Notes: a model not told the origin generated them from the letters alone. Counted from the first letter of the stretch, positions 1 through 14,175 are shown. The stretch is DNA of 64,000 nucleotides from Octopus vulgaris (GCA_951406725.2 OX597825.1:36704001-36768000), one strand, 5' to 3'. Program-made: numbers and translations.

Positions 1-590
1 AGCAACTCAGTGACTACTTTTGGACGATAGGTCGTTTAGCTCCAAGTAAGCCCAGATAGCTATTATCGAATGCGGATACACTATGATCAACCTGCCTCCT
101 TTTCAACCAGACATACTGGATCTCTGATTATATTATCCAATGTATGGTTACTTTTTAAGAGATTTCCCATTGATTTGAAAAGAAAAAATTTGGTTACTAT
201 TTCTAGCAAACCAAGTGGCCATATGGAGGCTCCTGTGATGGCTTATTTTAACAACTGAACAGTGAAAGAGCTATTTATTAATTAACAACAAAAGGAGCAA
301 ACATCATAATCGCAACTTGGTAATATAAAGAAATCAATCTTCAAAGTCAACAAGGAAGCTGTTTATGTATTCACTCAGCCTAATAAAAAATCAGAAAATA
401 CCGCTAAGTCTCTCTCATATCATACATAACCTATCATCATAAGAAAGAACAATTTGGACAATCTAGTCCTTGATACATCTGGCCTTGAGCTTAACAACAA
501 CAACAACAATCAAATTCCTCATAAGCCACACCCCAACTGTCTTAGAAATTGGATGACTCCTTAGAAAATATCATCTTAGATATACTTTGT

Positions 591-803
591 TTAACCTTTT
601 AGAATTTAAACTGGCTATATCAAGCCAAAAATACTCTACCTATTATATGTCCAAACTGGCTAAACCCAGGCTATCTCACCTTACCTATTGTAAAAATAAA
701 TAATCACATCATTGAAGCTACAAGATAATGCATGATTAACTGAAAACAATGTGAACAGATAAGCCTTAGATTTAACAGAGTAATCCGAATGCTAAAGAGT
801 TAA
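591..803. mobile_element. TTAA-flanked piggyBac-type MITE (family A, ~210 bp)
   Basis: TTAA-CCTTTTAGAATT ... AATGCTAAAGAG-TTAA termini; the same body recurs at about 21770, 26779, 38332, 44017, 46739, 47920 and 63447. Confidence 0.75.
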
Positions 804-1874
804 AATATGGGATGGCTATTGCTGAAACACCTCTGATTACAAATGTGATTTATAAGAGATTTGGTTGCTATTTTTAGCAGGTTGGGCAGTAAATGAAATG
901 GGGTTGATCTCTATACCAAGAATTTGTCATGATGCTGAAGGAAGAAATCAATAGCAATGTTCCAAAATATAACGATTGATAAAAAAAGAGATAGAAGTGG
1001 GAAAGGGTGGGAAGACAGGTGAAAAACAGGAATTTTCACAAGAGACACACAAGCGATGCAAAAATTTTCAAGAGGGTTGAGTGGAAAAGAAATGGATAAA
1101 AATTGAACCAAAGATAGACAGGGAAAAAACACAATACCAGGTTAACACAATTTTTCTAAGTGTTCAATGCAATCAAGAAAAAAGGCAACATTTCCCAGGT
1201 AGTTTTTAATGTGATTTGATGAAACTAAGGAACAGCTGTCGTAACTAGACTGATATATTCCAACACCACTCTTACTGATAGCTAGGTGTACCTATGCACT
1301 TATTTGTTTCTCAATCTATCTGTCTACCTACCTTCTTACATACATATTTATTTCTAGAACTACATACATACATGCATACATATCTCTAGATTATGAATAT
1401 CAATCTATAATAAACACACGTTTATATATACATCTCTATCTTATCTACCTATCTTCTTATCCATTTATTGATATATCCCTTTATCTATCACACACACACA
1501 CACACACACACATATGTATGTGTGTGTATTGTATGTGTTTGTGTATATATATATATATGTATATATTTTTTTTTTTCTTCTTTCCTGAGCGTCCAATAAT
1601 ACTATAATTGTTCCACGTCCTCACGTTGTTGTGTTTTTTTGTGCTTTCTTGTTTGGATTAACTTTATATATATATTTATCTGTATATATGTATATCTGTA
1701 TATATCTTCTTTTACTTGTTTTAGTTCTTAGACTGCCATTGTGCTGGGGCACTGCTTTGAAGAATCTTTAGTTGAATGACTCAACCCCAGTACTTATTTT
1801 TTGTTAAGCAAAGTATTTATTATTGGTCTCTTTTGCCAAACTGCTACATTACAGTTATGTAAGCTCACCAACAC

Positions 1875-3190
1875 ATGCAATAGGGGCCAGTGTAAGAACC
1901 ACCACGAAGAACCACATAGTAAAGTTTAACAAGAAACTAAGCATGCAAGTTCAAGGTGCAGCCATTGGTGTCGGTGTAGCTGGAGATGTGGCCAACCTCT
2001 TCATGACCTGGTGGGACAGAAAACTTAAGCAATTCTTAGTAGAACAGTCCACAACTCTTCTACTCTAAAGTAGGTATGTAAATGACATTAATATCATAGT
2101 TAAGACCAACTCTAGTAACAGTAATGTAGAAACTGAGGGGAACAGGGGAACGTAATGGAGAGCATCCTGCAAGTAGCTAAATCTATCCACCTAAGTAACA
2201 AGGTAACCACAGAGTACCTTACTAGGCACCCCAACAATAAACTCCTCATCCTTGATACTGAACTTTGGTTAGAGTCTGTGAAAAAACAGAGTGCAGCTCC
2301 TCCACTCCTATTATATGAAACCCATAGCTTCGAAATATGTTGTTCACAAGAACTCAGCTGTGTCACACAACATGAAAATTAACATACCGATAGCAGACTC
2401 AGCTAGGATAATAAACAATGTGTCCCCACTATGCAAACCCCATGAAATGAAGAAACATGTACAGAACTTTATGCACCGCTTGCAATTCTCTGGATATAAT
2501 CAGAAAGATAGGGTTTGAGTATACAGGGGTGCTAGAAAGAAGTTAGATAACATTATATGTAATGATACCAGTGGTACCTGCCCTAGGTATAGAAACAAAG
2601 ACTGGAATAGGATACAAAGGACTTGTGACAAGGCAAACAGGGTGAACACATGGTATAAAACTGACAAATAACAAGGAGTCATGTTTGTAGAGGCCACAGC
2701 CCATGGAGAACTAGCCCGTAGATTTAGAAAAGCTCAGAAGGAGACCAAACTCAACATTAAGATTGTTGAAAAACCAGGGAACTCCGTCAGATCACAACTA
2801 TGTAGGATGTACTCCTTTGAGAATACCATGTGCACCAATGATAACTGCATGGTATGTACGATTAACCCTGGCATTAACTGTAGAACTAGAAATGCATAAG
2901 ATGCATAGGAGGTGCTTGTAAAGACATGAACATGACATACATAGGGGAGACATCTAGGAGCATTATGGAATGACTAAATGAGCATTTGAGACAATATGAC
3001 AACAAAAAACAGTCCTCCATACTCTACCAATATGCCAAGGACCAACATAGAGGTAACCTAGGTCAACTTAACACCTGCATTTTATCCAAGCGCCCAAAAG
3101 ACCCAACACCCAGACAAATACAGGACAAATACAGGAGTACATCCTCAAATGAAACATCCCCAGTACTAAATAGGAAATATATGTAGTAGA
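1875..3190 (+). mobile_element. Decayed Penelope-like retroelement (RT C-terminal half plus GIY-YIG endonuclease)
   Basis: QVQGAAIGVGVAGDVANLFM, RYVNDI (~2070), LILDTELW, YYMKP, LQFSGY, a C-x-C-x-C linker and TYIGETSRS...LNEH (~2935-2985), broken by stops and frameshifts; abuts a truncated SINE at ~1706-1874. Confidence 0.85.
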
Positions 3191-3339
3191 TATCATACCC
3201 CCATACTCACAGGTAGAGTAGAATAGTTAGTGGGCTGTTATGTAGATAGATGTACATGTGAATGTGAGTGTGTGTTTATATGTATATGTATGTAGGTGTA
3301 GGGATATGAATGGGAACAGATAGACTTACAGACAGATAG

Positions 3340-3765
3340 ATACATAGGTTATATGAACAGACAAGCACACATACACAAATGAAGACTGAAACACATGACC
3401 ATATATACACACACACACACACTTCACTTCACACAAGGACACATATGGAAACACACGTCCACACATATGGAGATACACATCCATACATAGACACAGTACA
3501 TAGTTGCAAAAAATCCACACACACACATGCACACACAAGGAGACAGAGGTACACACGCACACACACACACACACAACGCACACAAACACATGAATATGCA
3601 GGCAGAATACATACAAATGTACACACATACATTTATACATACACACACACACACATGCATACACACATATACATGCATACATACATACATACATACATGC
3701 ATGTGTATGTACACACACACACACACTGACCCACACACACACTGACCCACACACACATGCGCACA
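3340..3765. repeat. Compound (CA)n/(CATA)n microsatellite field
   Basis: Directly visible; source of the spurious His/Thr and Cys/Val ORFs. Confidence 0.95.
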
Positions 3766-4432
3766 AACAAACTAAAAGGACGCAGCTTCAATAACGGATA
3801 GAGTCAACAACTATTGAAAAGCTCGCAAGACACAACAAAGATTTTAGAAAAATAAATAATTAAATGAGTGGAAATTTTACCGGTGAGTGTGTTTAATTAT
3901 AAGATACTAAAAGAGAATGACTCTCCCCAGGCACGGCAGAATAAACCAATATATCTATCTATAAATTATATTCAAGTGACCAAACAGAGGAAGATACACA
4001 GTTATAGAGATTATTTACAAACAACAGTTATTTACTCCATTGTGAACAGAAGGAAGGCAGATGGTCCAGACAATGGTTAACATTCTACAATAGAGCAGAT
4101 TTTGTACAAGTTAGAGATCTCGCTAAAAACTGGCTGCACTGATACAAACACACCAATTCCTCCCAGCTCTCAGAAGTTCTAGCATTTATAACTAAAAATA
4201 TCTATCACTATGTACAGCCAGTGCAATTTGTGTGCTTGCCTGCGTGTTGTTGCTAATATATTCAATAGTCATAACATCAGAAATGTCTCTTTTGAGAAAA
4301 ACACTTTTTGAAGTTTGGTGTGAGCACCTTTACTTTTCTGACATACAAAACAATATTGTTAACTAGAGGTCTATCATACAATTTTAATGATTTAAAAATG
4401 AAGAATATTAATATGAGAGTACATTTGTTGTG

Positions 4433-4988
4433 GCTGGTGGAATTCTGGTCTAAGCACCCCATATAACCAATTCCTCAAGACTTACATTTTTTGAAATTTT
4501 CAGAAAATTTTCTGAATGTGTTTTACACACAGGAATTCATGTGGAAAAAAAAAACAAAAAAAAACAACAAAAAATAAACAAACAAAAAGGACAAATCTTT
4601 TGTGCATGATCTAAAGGTGATTTAACTGTTGTTTTTAATACATCCCAAGACCTGATACTTTTTTTGTTTCTTTGTCACTCAGACATGCATTGATGTTTTA
4701 CAATATTTTTCTTCCCATAAATGCATTTTATGGAATGATGATGCACCCAAGGGTAGTCCATTGCTAGAATTTAAGCAAAAATTCTGGACTGTCTGTATTT
4801 TAAACTCAGATTTAAAAAGAAAATTTGTAAAGGAGTGGAGCTTTTAGAGTTGGAAATGGGATAAAAATTTTTAAAAATTTATTTTCATAATTGTATGAAC
4901 ACAAATTCGCAAAAATTTTCTGAAAATTCAAAAAAATACAAAGATTATGAGGAGTTATATGGGGTGTTTAAACCAGAATTCTGCCACC
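4433..4988. mobile_element. MITE/foldback with ~100-bp imperfect terminal inverted repeats
   Basis: GGTGGAATTCTGGTCTAAGCACCCCATATAAC...TTTTCAGAAAATTTT (4433-4530) is the reverse complement of AAAATTTTCTGAAAA...GTTATATGGGGTGTTTAAACCAGAATTCTGCCACC (4890-4988). Confidence 0.7.
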
Positions 4989-5232
4989 TGGTTTAATTAG
5001 ACAAGGTGTGGACATTCATACAACTATTTCAATAAATACATATATAAAGATCTCTAGTTATATGACTTTTAGCTTTAATTAGATCAAGTATGTACTGAAA
5101 ACAATTCCAATATGTAAAAGAAAAAAAATATTAATTTATACACGTAGTTCATAGTTTCTATAGCTGGCAATCTACCCTAAACAGTCCTGTAGAAACTATG
5201 GTGTTTCTGAATTGCAAGCTTTTGGCACATCT

Positions 5233-5650
5233 TTTATCTTTTACTGGTTTCAGTCATTAGACTGTGACCATGCTGGGGCATCACCTTGAAGTGTTTAGTC
5301 AGACAAATTGACTCCAGCACTCATTTTTTAAAAGTTAGGTATTTATTCTAGTGGTTTCTTTTGGCCAAGCCATTCAGTTACACGGACATAAACAAACCAA
5401 CACCAGTTGTAAAACAAAGGCAGGGGACAAACACTAAGACACATTATATATATATATATATACATACATACACACACACACGCACACACATACATACAGG
5501 CTTTTTTCAGTTTCTATCTACAAAATCCACTCAAAAGGCTTTGGTCAGCCTAGGAGCATAGTAGAAGACATACCCAGAGTGCTATGCAGTGGGACTGAAC
5601 CCAGAACTATGTGGTTTGGAAACTAACTTGTTAAGACAGCTACACCTGCA
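5233..5650 (-). mobile_element. tRNA-derived SINE (family D, internal TA/CA microsatellite)
   Basis: Reverse strand has a degenerate A/B-box head (GGTTCAGTCCCACTGC) and an ...ATGACTGAAAC-AGTAAAAG tail; more than 15 related copies in the window. Confidence 0.8.
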
Positions 5651-6084
5651 AAAAGTTGGCTCACAAGATTTGTTTCTTTCACTTTACTATACTGATATGA
5701 TTATTGTACAGTTGCTCTAAAAGTTATTTCTTCATTGTCTTTATGACTGACTTTTTTCTCTTGTAGACTGTTCTTTGCCAGGTACTTGTCCAATGGCCAA
5801 GTGATTTTTAAAGACAATTTTTAATTGGGTAGTCAGTGGAGGAAGTTATCCAAAGATTGAAAACCTAGCCAGAAAGGTTCCAACAGAGGGAACTGAAAAT
5901 GTAAATATTTCCAAATTTCTGAGATGTTACAATGGACAGGTGCTTTGATCTAATACCTTGAGATTAGTAAAATGATAAATACATCTTTCACTAGATAAGA
6001 TACCAGCCTACTGCAGATTTCTAATCTTTATATATATGATCCAATATCTATTGCTATACACTTGAATGTATCTCCATATATGGC

Positions 6085-6462
6085 CAGAGGTGACTGCTGC
6101 AGAAATCAGGAAATCGTAGTCATGGCCGATGCCAGTGCCATCTGACTGGTACCCATGCCAGTCATACATAAAAAGCACCGTTCAAGTGTTGGGCCTCATG
6201 AAGGCAGGGACAAGTGACTGAGACCTTTGGTGATATACGGTGCTTGAGAAGACATGTCAAGTCAAGTGAGATTGTAGTTGTGGCCAATGCTGGTATCATG
6301 TCAATGGCACCTGTGCCAGTGGCATGTAAAAAACACCCACTACACTCTTGGAAGGGCATCGAGCCATAGAGACCATGCCAAATTAGACTGGCGTACCAGT
6401 TTTCAGTGAAACTGTCCAACCCATGCCAGCATGGAAAGCGGACATTAGATGATGATGAAGAT
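6085..6462 (+). mobile_element. RTE LINE 3' UTR fragment with (GAT)n tail
   Basis: Ends CCAACCCATGCCAGCATGGAAAGCGGACATTAGATGATGATG, matching the tail downstream of RTE coding remnants at 7693-8425. Confidence 0.7.
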
Positions 6463-6554
6463 GTAACAGCCTAAACTTGAGTGCATCATCACATCAGTAA
6501 GATTCAAATTTGATTGTATCACTGCATGTTGATAGATGTGACTGCCCACATGAA

Positions 6555-6755
6555 AATGCATTATCACAAAGTAGTAACTGACAACAACCAGCACTGAAGT
6601 GCATTATCAGATATTGACAAATGACAACAGCCAACAGAGAGGTGCATTATAGCATTGATAAATGACAACAGCCTACATTGAAGAGCATTATCACATAATT
6701 GACAACAGTCTACACAGAAGTGCTTTATCAAATATTAACAACAACTGACAATACA
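6555..6755. repeat. Degenerate ~40-43-bp minisatellite (~5 units)
   Basis: Repeated GTGCATTATCA...TTGACAAATGACAACAGCC.ACA.TGAA. Confidence 0.75.
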
Positions 6756-7692
6756 AACAAGCGAAAAGAAGAAAATATAAAGTGAGAGGGGGCTCAAATC
6801 ACTTCTTTGTATGTTGCTTTCACCTTAACACCACTGTTGATACCATGTAAAAAGCACTTGTGCTGGTGCCATGTAACAGTGCTTGTGCGGTGCCACATAA
6901 AAGCACCTTGGCACATTTTGTAAAGTGGTTGGCTTTAAGAAACCATACCAAATCAGTCTGGAGCCTAGTGCAACTCCCCAGCTTGCCAGCTCGAGTCAAA
7001 CTGTCCAACCCATGCCAGTTTGGAAAATGGACGCATGAGGATGATGATGATGATTTTAATAGGTACACTGGTCTGTGTTGTTGTTTAACCTCCAAGTCAA
7101 CCCTGGTGGAGTATACTAATGATCAAAGTTATTCCAGCCATGATTGTCTAACATTTGCAATTACACCGTACCTTAGAAACACTATCAATGTATCCCAAAT
7201 TAAAGCTGTAATTTGAGGGAGATTTGGCTGGTGTTTTGAACAGGTTGATCAACCACCAAGAGGATTCCCTGTTGAGAAAAAAAAGATAGACGGGGAGTAA
7301 GAGGAGAAAAATAAAATCATTATTTTGTGGTGTGTGTACATGTGCGTCATTGTTGAAGACTGTGTTGGAGTGATGGTAGTGAGAGTGTCAGAAAAATCAA
7401 TACAGTGAGTAAAAAGTTAGTCATCAAACAGCTGCTGCCATCTGGAGACAAATGTTAAAAAAATCCACCCCCACCCCAAAAAGCACATCAACAAACACAC
7501 ACAATCCACCAAGTAAGCAGTAGAATTAGATCTCTTCAAGTCCTGTCTGTTATGAGTATCTCTGGTAACATGCAGGTATATATATATATATATATATATA
7601 TTTTCATATGATATACATACACATACATAATATACTTAGATACACATACCTATAATATACATGCATACTTATATATAATATACAAACATATG

Positions 7693-8425
7693 AGCATCAG
7701 ATGTAGTGTGCAAGAGAGATGACTGAGCTGGTATGGTCATGTGTTGCATATGGATGGGGTCAGCTGTATGAAGAAGTGTCACACACTAACAGTGGAGAGA
7801 ACCTGTGGAAGAAGTAGACCCAGGAAGATATGGAATGAGGTGGTGAAGCATGACCTTCGAACATTGGGCCTCACAGAAGCAATGACAAGTGACTGAGACC
7901 TTTGGAGATAAGCTGTGCATGAGAAGACCTGGCAAGCCAAGAGAGATCATAGCTGTGGCCAATGCCAGTATCGCATAACTGACCCATTTAAAAGTACCCT
8001 TCAATCATTGGACAATATGTTGTGCTTAAGAAGACCTGCCGAGTCAATTGAAGCCCATTTAAAATTACCCTCCAATTGTTGGGCAATATGCTGTGCTTGA
8101 GAAGACCTGTTGAGTCAAGTGAAATCGTTGTCGTGGTTGATGCCAGTGCCGCCTGACTGGCTCCCAAGCTGATGGCATGTAAGAAGCACCATTCAAGTGT
8201 GGTTGATGCCAGTGCTGCCTGACTGGCCCCCGTGCTGGTGGCATGTAAAACACACTCGATACACTCTCAGAGTGGTTGGCATTAGGAAGGACACCCAGCT
8301 GTAGAAACCTTGCCAGAACAGATTGGAGCCTGGTGTCACCTCCATGCTTGCCACAATCCTCAGTCAAACCATCCAACCCATGCCAGCATGGAAAGCGGAT
8401 ATTAAACAATGATGATGATAATGAT
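7693..8425 (+). mobile_element. 5'-truncated RTE-clade LINE (C-terminal coding remnant plus 3' UTR)
   Basis: Encodes WYGHVLHMD...TCGRSRPRKIWNEVVKHDL; 3' UTR with internal repeats and a GAT tail. Confidence 0.8.
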
Positions 8426-8934
8426 GTATATCATCATCATGCCTCTCTCAGATGAGAGATCCTAGTCTTGCAGGCTTGTCGGGCTCGTGCCACATAAAAG
8501 CACCCAGCATACACTGTAAAATGGTTGGTGTTAGGAAGGACATCTATTGCTAGAAACTATGCCAAAAAAGGGAAATGGAACCAGCAGCTCTCCAGCTGGC
8601 CAGCTCCTTCAAACCATTCAACTCATACCAGCATGGAGAACGGACATTAAATGATGATGATGATGATATATGTCATCATCATCATCATCTATATTTATGT
8701 CTGTGTTTGTATACTGCTATGAATTGGACAAAGCCTATTGATGTAGATTTTCTACAGTAGGATGTTTTATGCCTGTTGCCAAATACCACTTGTCTTTCAA
8801 GTGCAGGTATTTTACATTCCATTGGTCTTTATATGGCTGCTGACCTATAAAGCATTTGTTTTATAGGAAAATGCAAACAATGTCACCATTTTTTTAAGCT
8901 TAGCTCGAATTGCTTTTATGATGATATCGAATCA

Positions 8935-8967
<33 letters not shown>

Positions 8968-9095
8968 GTGTATGTGCATGTGAGCACATTTGAAAGTATG
9001 CTGAAAAGAAATATTAATCGGATCAATCCCCTTAGCTTCAGAGGGACCTACAAAAGCCCTTCCCTTTTGACCAAATCCATAAAAAATTACACGTT

Positions 9096-9106
9096 TATAT
9101 ATATAT

Positions 9107-9184
<78 letters not shown>
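9096..9184. repeat. (TA)n microsatellite
   Basis: Directly visible. Confidence 0.95.
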
Positions 9185-9189
<5 letters not shown>

Positions 9190-9273
9190 TGTATAACCTA
9201 TGAAAGCATGGTAAAGCAGGCATAAATGAAATGATGAAACGTTGACAAATATAGTTGAAGCTGACTGCTCTTC

Positions 9274-9321
9274 TATCACTTCAAGTTTCATGCTGGAGTG
9301 AACAGATATCTTCAGATGATA
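9274..9321 (-). ncRNA. Degenerate type I hammerhead ribozyme motif
   Basis: Minus strand UAUCAU-CUGAAGA-uAUCUGuucacucCAGCAU-GAAAC-uugaa-GUGAUA: stem I and both core boxes present, cleavage triplet decayed. Confidence 0.55.
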
Positions 9322-9976
9322 TATCAACAATCAATCGATCAATATATATATATATATATATCTGAGAGAGAAAAAGAAAACAACTATATTGATGGAGAGA
9401 AAAAGAGAGAGGAAGAAAAGGTTGCTACATGTGGCTTCTACACCTGATATTATTTGATAGAAAATAAAATGCTAAGTTACTTACTGTTGCTACCCCCAAA
9501 TACCTATGGAAAGGATAAGAACCACAACAGCTCAATTTGCTGCCCTTTGCCACATCAATTAGGGTTATTTTTGAAATGGAAGCAGATTTTACTGATTACC
9601 CAGAACTCTGTTCCCATTTTATAAAATAAGAGAATACAATTTGTTATGTAGATTTCAATGTCAAACCAGTGTTTATTTTATGATGTGATTTTTACCCTTG
9701 CAGAAACCAGAGGGACAAAATGAAACAGTTCATCAATATTCTATTGCTTTTATCCCTACTACTCTATTATTATAAATAACATTTAAAATAACAGGTACAA
9801 GGCCACAAATTTGCAGGAATAAGTTATATGGTTAAATCAGTTCCACTGTTTAACTTGTACTTGTTGACCTTAGGAGGACTTGGAATTCAGAACCTAAAGA
9901 GCTAGAACAAATGCTATAAGACTTTGTCCAACATTCTAACTCTGCCAACCCACTGCCCTTATAATGATGATGATGA

Positions 9977-10186
9977 TTTCAAATTTTGGCACAAGGCCAG
10001 CAATTTCTGGGGAGGGGTTAAGTCAGTTACGCCAACCTCAGTATTCGACCAGTACTTATTTTATTGAACCCAAAAGGATGAAAGGCAAAGTCAACCTCAG
10101 TGGAATTTGAACTCAGAACATAAAGACAGACGAAAGCCCACTAAGCATTTTGCTCAGCATGCTAATGACTCCGCTAGCTTGCTGCA
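9977..10186 (-). mobile_element. SINE (family C, ~210 bp, associated with ATT/TAA runs)
   Basis: Shared core TTCAAATTCC..GAGGTTGACTTTGCCTTTCATCCTTT.GG..CAATAAAATAAGTAC; more than 15 copies in the window. Confidence 0.8.
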
Positions 10187-10223
10187 TTAATAATAATAAT
10201 AATAACAATAATAATAACAACAA

Positions 10224-11897
10224 TACCTTTATCTGACATGCTATTTACAACTGGATGCAGATACAAATGTTACGGCAAAACAATCAGCCACCTCTTATAT
10301 ATGGATGCCCTAAAACTATACGCTACAAATGATAAACAGCTGGAAACACTACTACAGACAGTACAAGGATTTAACAAAGAAATAAATATGAAATTTGGCT
10401 TAGAAAAATGTGCCAAAGCAACCTTGAAAAGAGGAAAACTAGTTAAGAGTAGCAACATCATACTAGATAAAGCCAATGAAATAAGAGAATTAGACCGAAG
10501 CCAGACATACAAATATTTAGGAATCAATGAACTAGATATGATACAACACACACAAATAAAAGAGAAAATAAAGAAAGAATACTATAGACGAGTTAGAGTA
10601 ATACTGAAAACAGAGCTCAATGCTAAGAACAAGATAATAGGTATCAACACTCTAGCCGTCCCAGTTATAAGTTACAGTTACAATATCCTTAACTGGACAC
10701 TAAATGAACTAACCAAAATAGACAGGAAAACAAGAAAAACAATGAAAGGATCTAAGGTGCACCACCCAAAATCTGGCACAAAAAGGCTATATATACAATG
10801 TACAGAAGGTGGTAGAGGCCTTATACAGCTGGAAACAACTTCAGAAGCAAGGAAAACTAATATAAATAGCCACAGAACATGAGCATAACAAAAAACTGTT
10901 TTCAGTATTTAAGGAAGCTGACAAATACAAACAAGAAGTCATACTACCTAACAAATATGAAGAAGAAGAAACAACAAAAGTTATAAAAGAAATGAAATCC
11001 AAACTAAAACTAGACCAGCAACGGACTTTGATAAAACGATGGCAAGAAAAGCCGCTTCATGGAAAATACTGGGCTAAACTAAACGCAAAAGAAATAGACA
11101 GAGAAAAATTCCAGCAATGGCTGAAAAGCTCAAGACTCAAAGCAGAGACTGAAGGATTTTTAATTGCAGCACAAGACCAAAGCCTCCCTACCAGAAATTA
11201 CCAAAAACATATAATGAAAAGAAACATAACAAGTAACTGCAGAATATGTGGAGATGGACAAGAAACAATAAATCATTATCTCTGGTTGCCTATTCCTGGC
11301 TAAGAAGGAATATATTCACAGGCACGACAGAGTTGGGACCTACATACACTGGAAGCTATGCCAACATTATGGAATAACAACAGAAAAAAGATGGTATAAG
11401 CACACGCCAGAAAAGGTCACAGAAAATGAGAAAGCAACCATACTATGGGATATGCCAATACACACAGATAGAGAAATTAAGGCCAATATGCCAGATATAG
11501 TTGTCAGAGATCATGAAGAGAAAAAATGCTTTCTAATTAATGTATCAATACCAGCAGATGACAACGTTTCTCTAAAAGAAATGGAGAAACTTTCAAAATA
11601 CAAAGACCTGAAAATAGAGGTAACTCAAATGCAGAATCTAAAAACAGAAACAATTCCTATCATAGTGGGTGCATTAAGTATGATAAAAAAACATTCAGAC
11701 AAATACATAACAAAAACACCAGTACTTACAACTATATACAACATACAGAAAATTGCACTATTGGGCACTGCACATATCCTATGCAAAACACTCAATACAG
11801 TAACCAGAAGAGCATCACAGCAAAGCACAGCACATACCCAAGGCACACAGAGCTGTGCTCGGTAGTGAAGTGAAAGCATGTTATAAAAATAAAACTA

Positions 11898-11900
<3 letters not shown>
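10224..11900 (+). mobile_element. 5'-truncated R4/Dong-clade non-LTR retrotransposon (RT, CCHC zinc knuckle, RLE endonuclease), frameshifted
   Basis: SHLLYMDALKLYA, FGLEKCA, YKYLG, AAQDQ, CRICG..ET..H..SGC, RHDRV and PDIVV..K..KY motifs; flanked on both sides by (TAA)n. Confidence 0.9.
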
Positions 11901-11932
<32 letters not shown>

Positions 11933-11955
11933 TAATAATAATAATGATGAGGATG

Positions 11956-12165
11956 ATTTTAAATTTTGGCACAAGGCCAGCAATTTAAGGGGATGGAATA
12001 AATTGATTACATTGACCCATGTTCAACTGCTACTTATTTTATTGACCTCAAAAGGATGAAAGGCAAAGTTGACTGCAACAGAATTCAAAATCAGAACACG
12101 AAAACAGATGAAATGCTGCCTAAGCATTTTGTCTGGCAAGTTAACAATCCTGCCAGCTTGATGCA
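11956..12165 (-). mobile_element. SINE family C
   Basis: Homologous to 9977-10186. Confidence 0.8.
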
Positions 12166-13457
12166 TTAATAATAATAATAATAATTTTTGATTTCTAGTG
12201 ATGGCTAGAATTATTAGAGCTTAGGATAGAATGCCTTACAGTATTCATTCTAACCGTTTACTGAGTTCAAATCCTGCTATGGTCAATTTTGCTTTTCACT
12301 CTCCCAGAGTCGATAAATAAAACAACAGCCCAGTACAGGGATCAATTCTCCACTCTACCCTCTCCCTCTGAATTGTACACCTTACTGAAAGCTCCAAGCT
12401 TGTCACATTCTGTCATGCTGATTTGGCCCAAGAACTGCAGAACTCAAGTTAGAGATATACTAAGCTGCTTGTCCATTAATTTAATGAATAGGAATGAAGT
12501 TGATTGAAACAACTGAATGCTCATCATTGAGACTGACGGAGAATCAGTTCACAAGAGCACTAAGAAAAATATATAATAAGAAGTGAGAGAAAGATGAAGC
12601 GAAAATGTTGGGAGGAGAATAAGAGAGCAAGAGAGAGAGAAAGGGAAAAGTGAGGGAGAATGAGAAAGGGAAAAGAGAGGGAGAAAGAGAGAGAGGTGTT
12701 GTACATATAAATTTTATAGTTTTAAACATAAATATTTAAAAATAAAATTTACAAAAACAATATACTACATCCTGCTGTCATTTCTGTCAGTCTTACACAT
12801 ACACACACACACACAACAATAGCAAAAATATTAAAAACAAAAAAAAAAACTGCAGTAAAAATATGAGGGATAACTAGCTACTTAGAAGGGATCAAGGTTA
12901 CCTCTTTCTATCGGAGAGAAATGCAGACACAAAAACATCCCAAGAGATACACACACATGCACACAGATGTAGAATGCTGTAAGTGATTTAAACATCAAAT
13001 CCAAAGATGTCAAGGCGCAGCATGTACTGTTACTATAACACACAACTCCTTAACAGCATGTTGAACAGATAGAAAGCATTTAAATGCTCACAATAACAAA
13101 ACAAATATAAATGGAAAAAGAAAATGCAAGACAGTAATGATGTCACAAAACTCAATAATGATTATGTTATTATAAAAAGCAGAAGCTGTTTAGTGAAAGA
13201 AACTAAGAAAAGAAGAGATCAAACTTGATTTTGTGGCTACAAGAGAAGTTGTATGAAAATGATATTGTGACACATGTAAGAATACATGTTTTATAAAGGA
13301 CCCACATCACAGGTATATCCACATTCATATAGACACATGTACACAGAAATACATATTTATAACATATACACAGAAATACATTTATAACACAGACTATTTA
13401 CATAAAGATATTTATCATAAAGAACTCACAAAGGAACCAATCAAGTTACATTGTCTA

Positions 13458-13499
<42 letters not shown>

Positions 13500-13514
13500 A
13501 TCATTATTATTATT

Positions 13515-14173
13515 AAGGCAGTGAGCTGGCAGAATCTTTCGCGTGCCAGGCAAAAATGCTTAGCGATATTTCATCCACTTTTATGTTCTAAGTTCAAATT
13601 CCATCGAGGTCAACTTTGCCTTTCATCCTTTTGAGGGTCGATAAAATAAGTACCAGGTGAGCACTGGGGTCAATGTAATTGACGTACCCCCACCCCAAAC
13701 TGCTGGTTTTGTGCCAACATTTAAAACCATTAAGGCAGTGTACTAGCAGAATAGTTAGCATTCAAGAAAGATGCTTAGCAGCATTTCATCTGTCTTTATG
13801 TTCAAATTCTGTTGAGGTCAGCTTTGTTTTTCATCCATTCAGGGTCAATAAAGTAAGTACCAGTTTAGCACTGGGATCAATGTAATTGATTTAAACCCTT
13901 CCTCAAAATTACTGGTCTAGTGCCAAAATTTGAAACAATTATTATAAAGACGATAACCTGGCAGAACTATTACTGCACTGAACAAAATGCTTAGCAACAT
14001 TTCTTCTTGCTTTATATTCTGAGTTCAAATGCTGCAGAGGTTGACTTTGCATTTCATCATTTCGGGGTTGATGAAATAAGTTCCAGTAGAGCATTGGGCT
14101 TGATGCAATCAACTAGCACCTCCCACCAAATTTCAAGCCTTGTGCCTATAGTAGAAAGGATTATTATTATTAT
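13515..14173 (+). mobile_element. Head-to-tail trimer of family C SINEs
   Basis: Three diverged copies starting at about 13515, 13732 and 13946, separated by short ATT runs; terminal (ATT)n. Confidence 0.85.
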
Positions 14174-14175
14174 TT

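Noticed and set aside
3326-3766. ORFs rich in C/V/H/T/Y/I here and at about 8932, 19557, 39075, 41613, 46017 and 62340
   Set aside because: Translations of (CA)n/(TA)n microsatellites, with no coding signal
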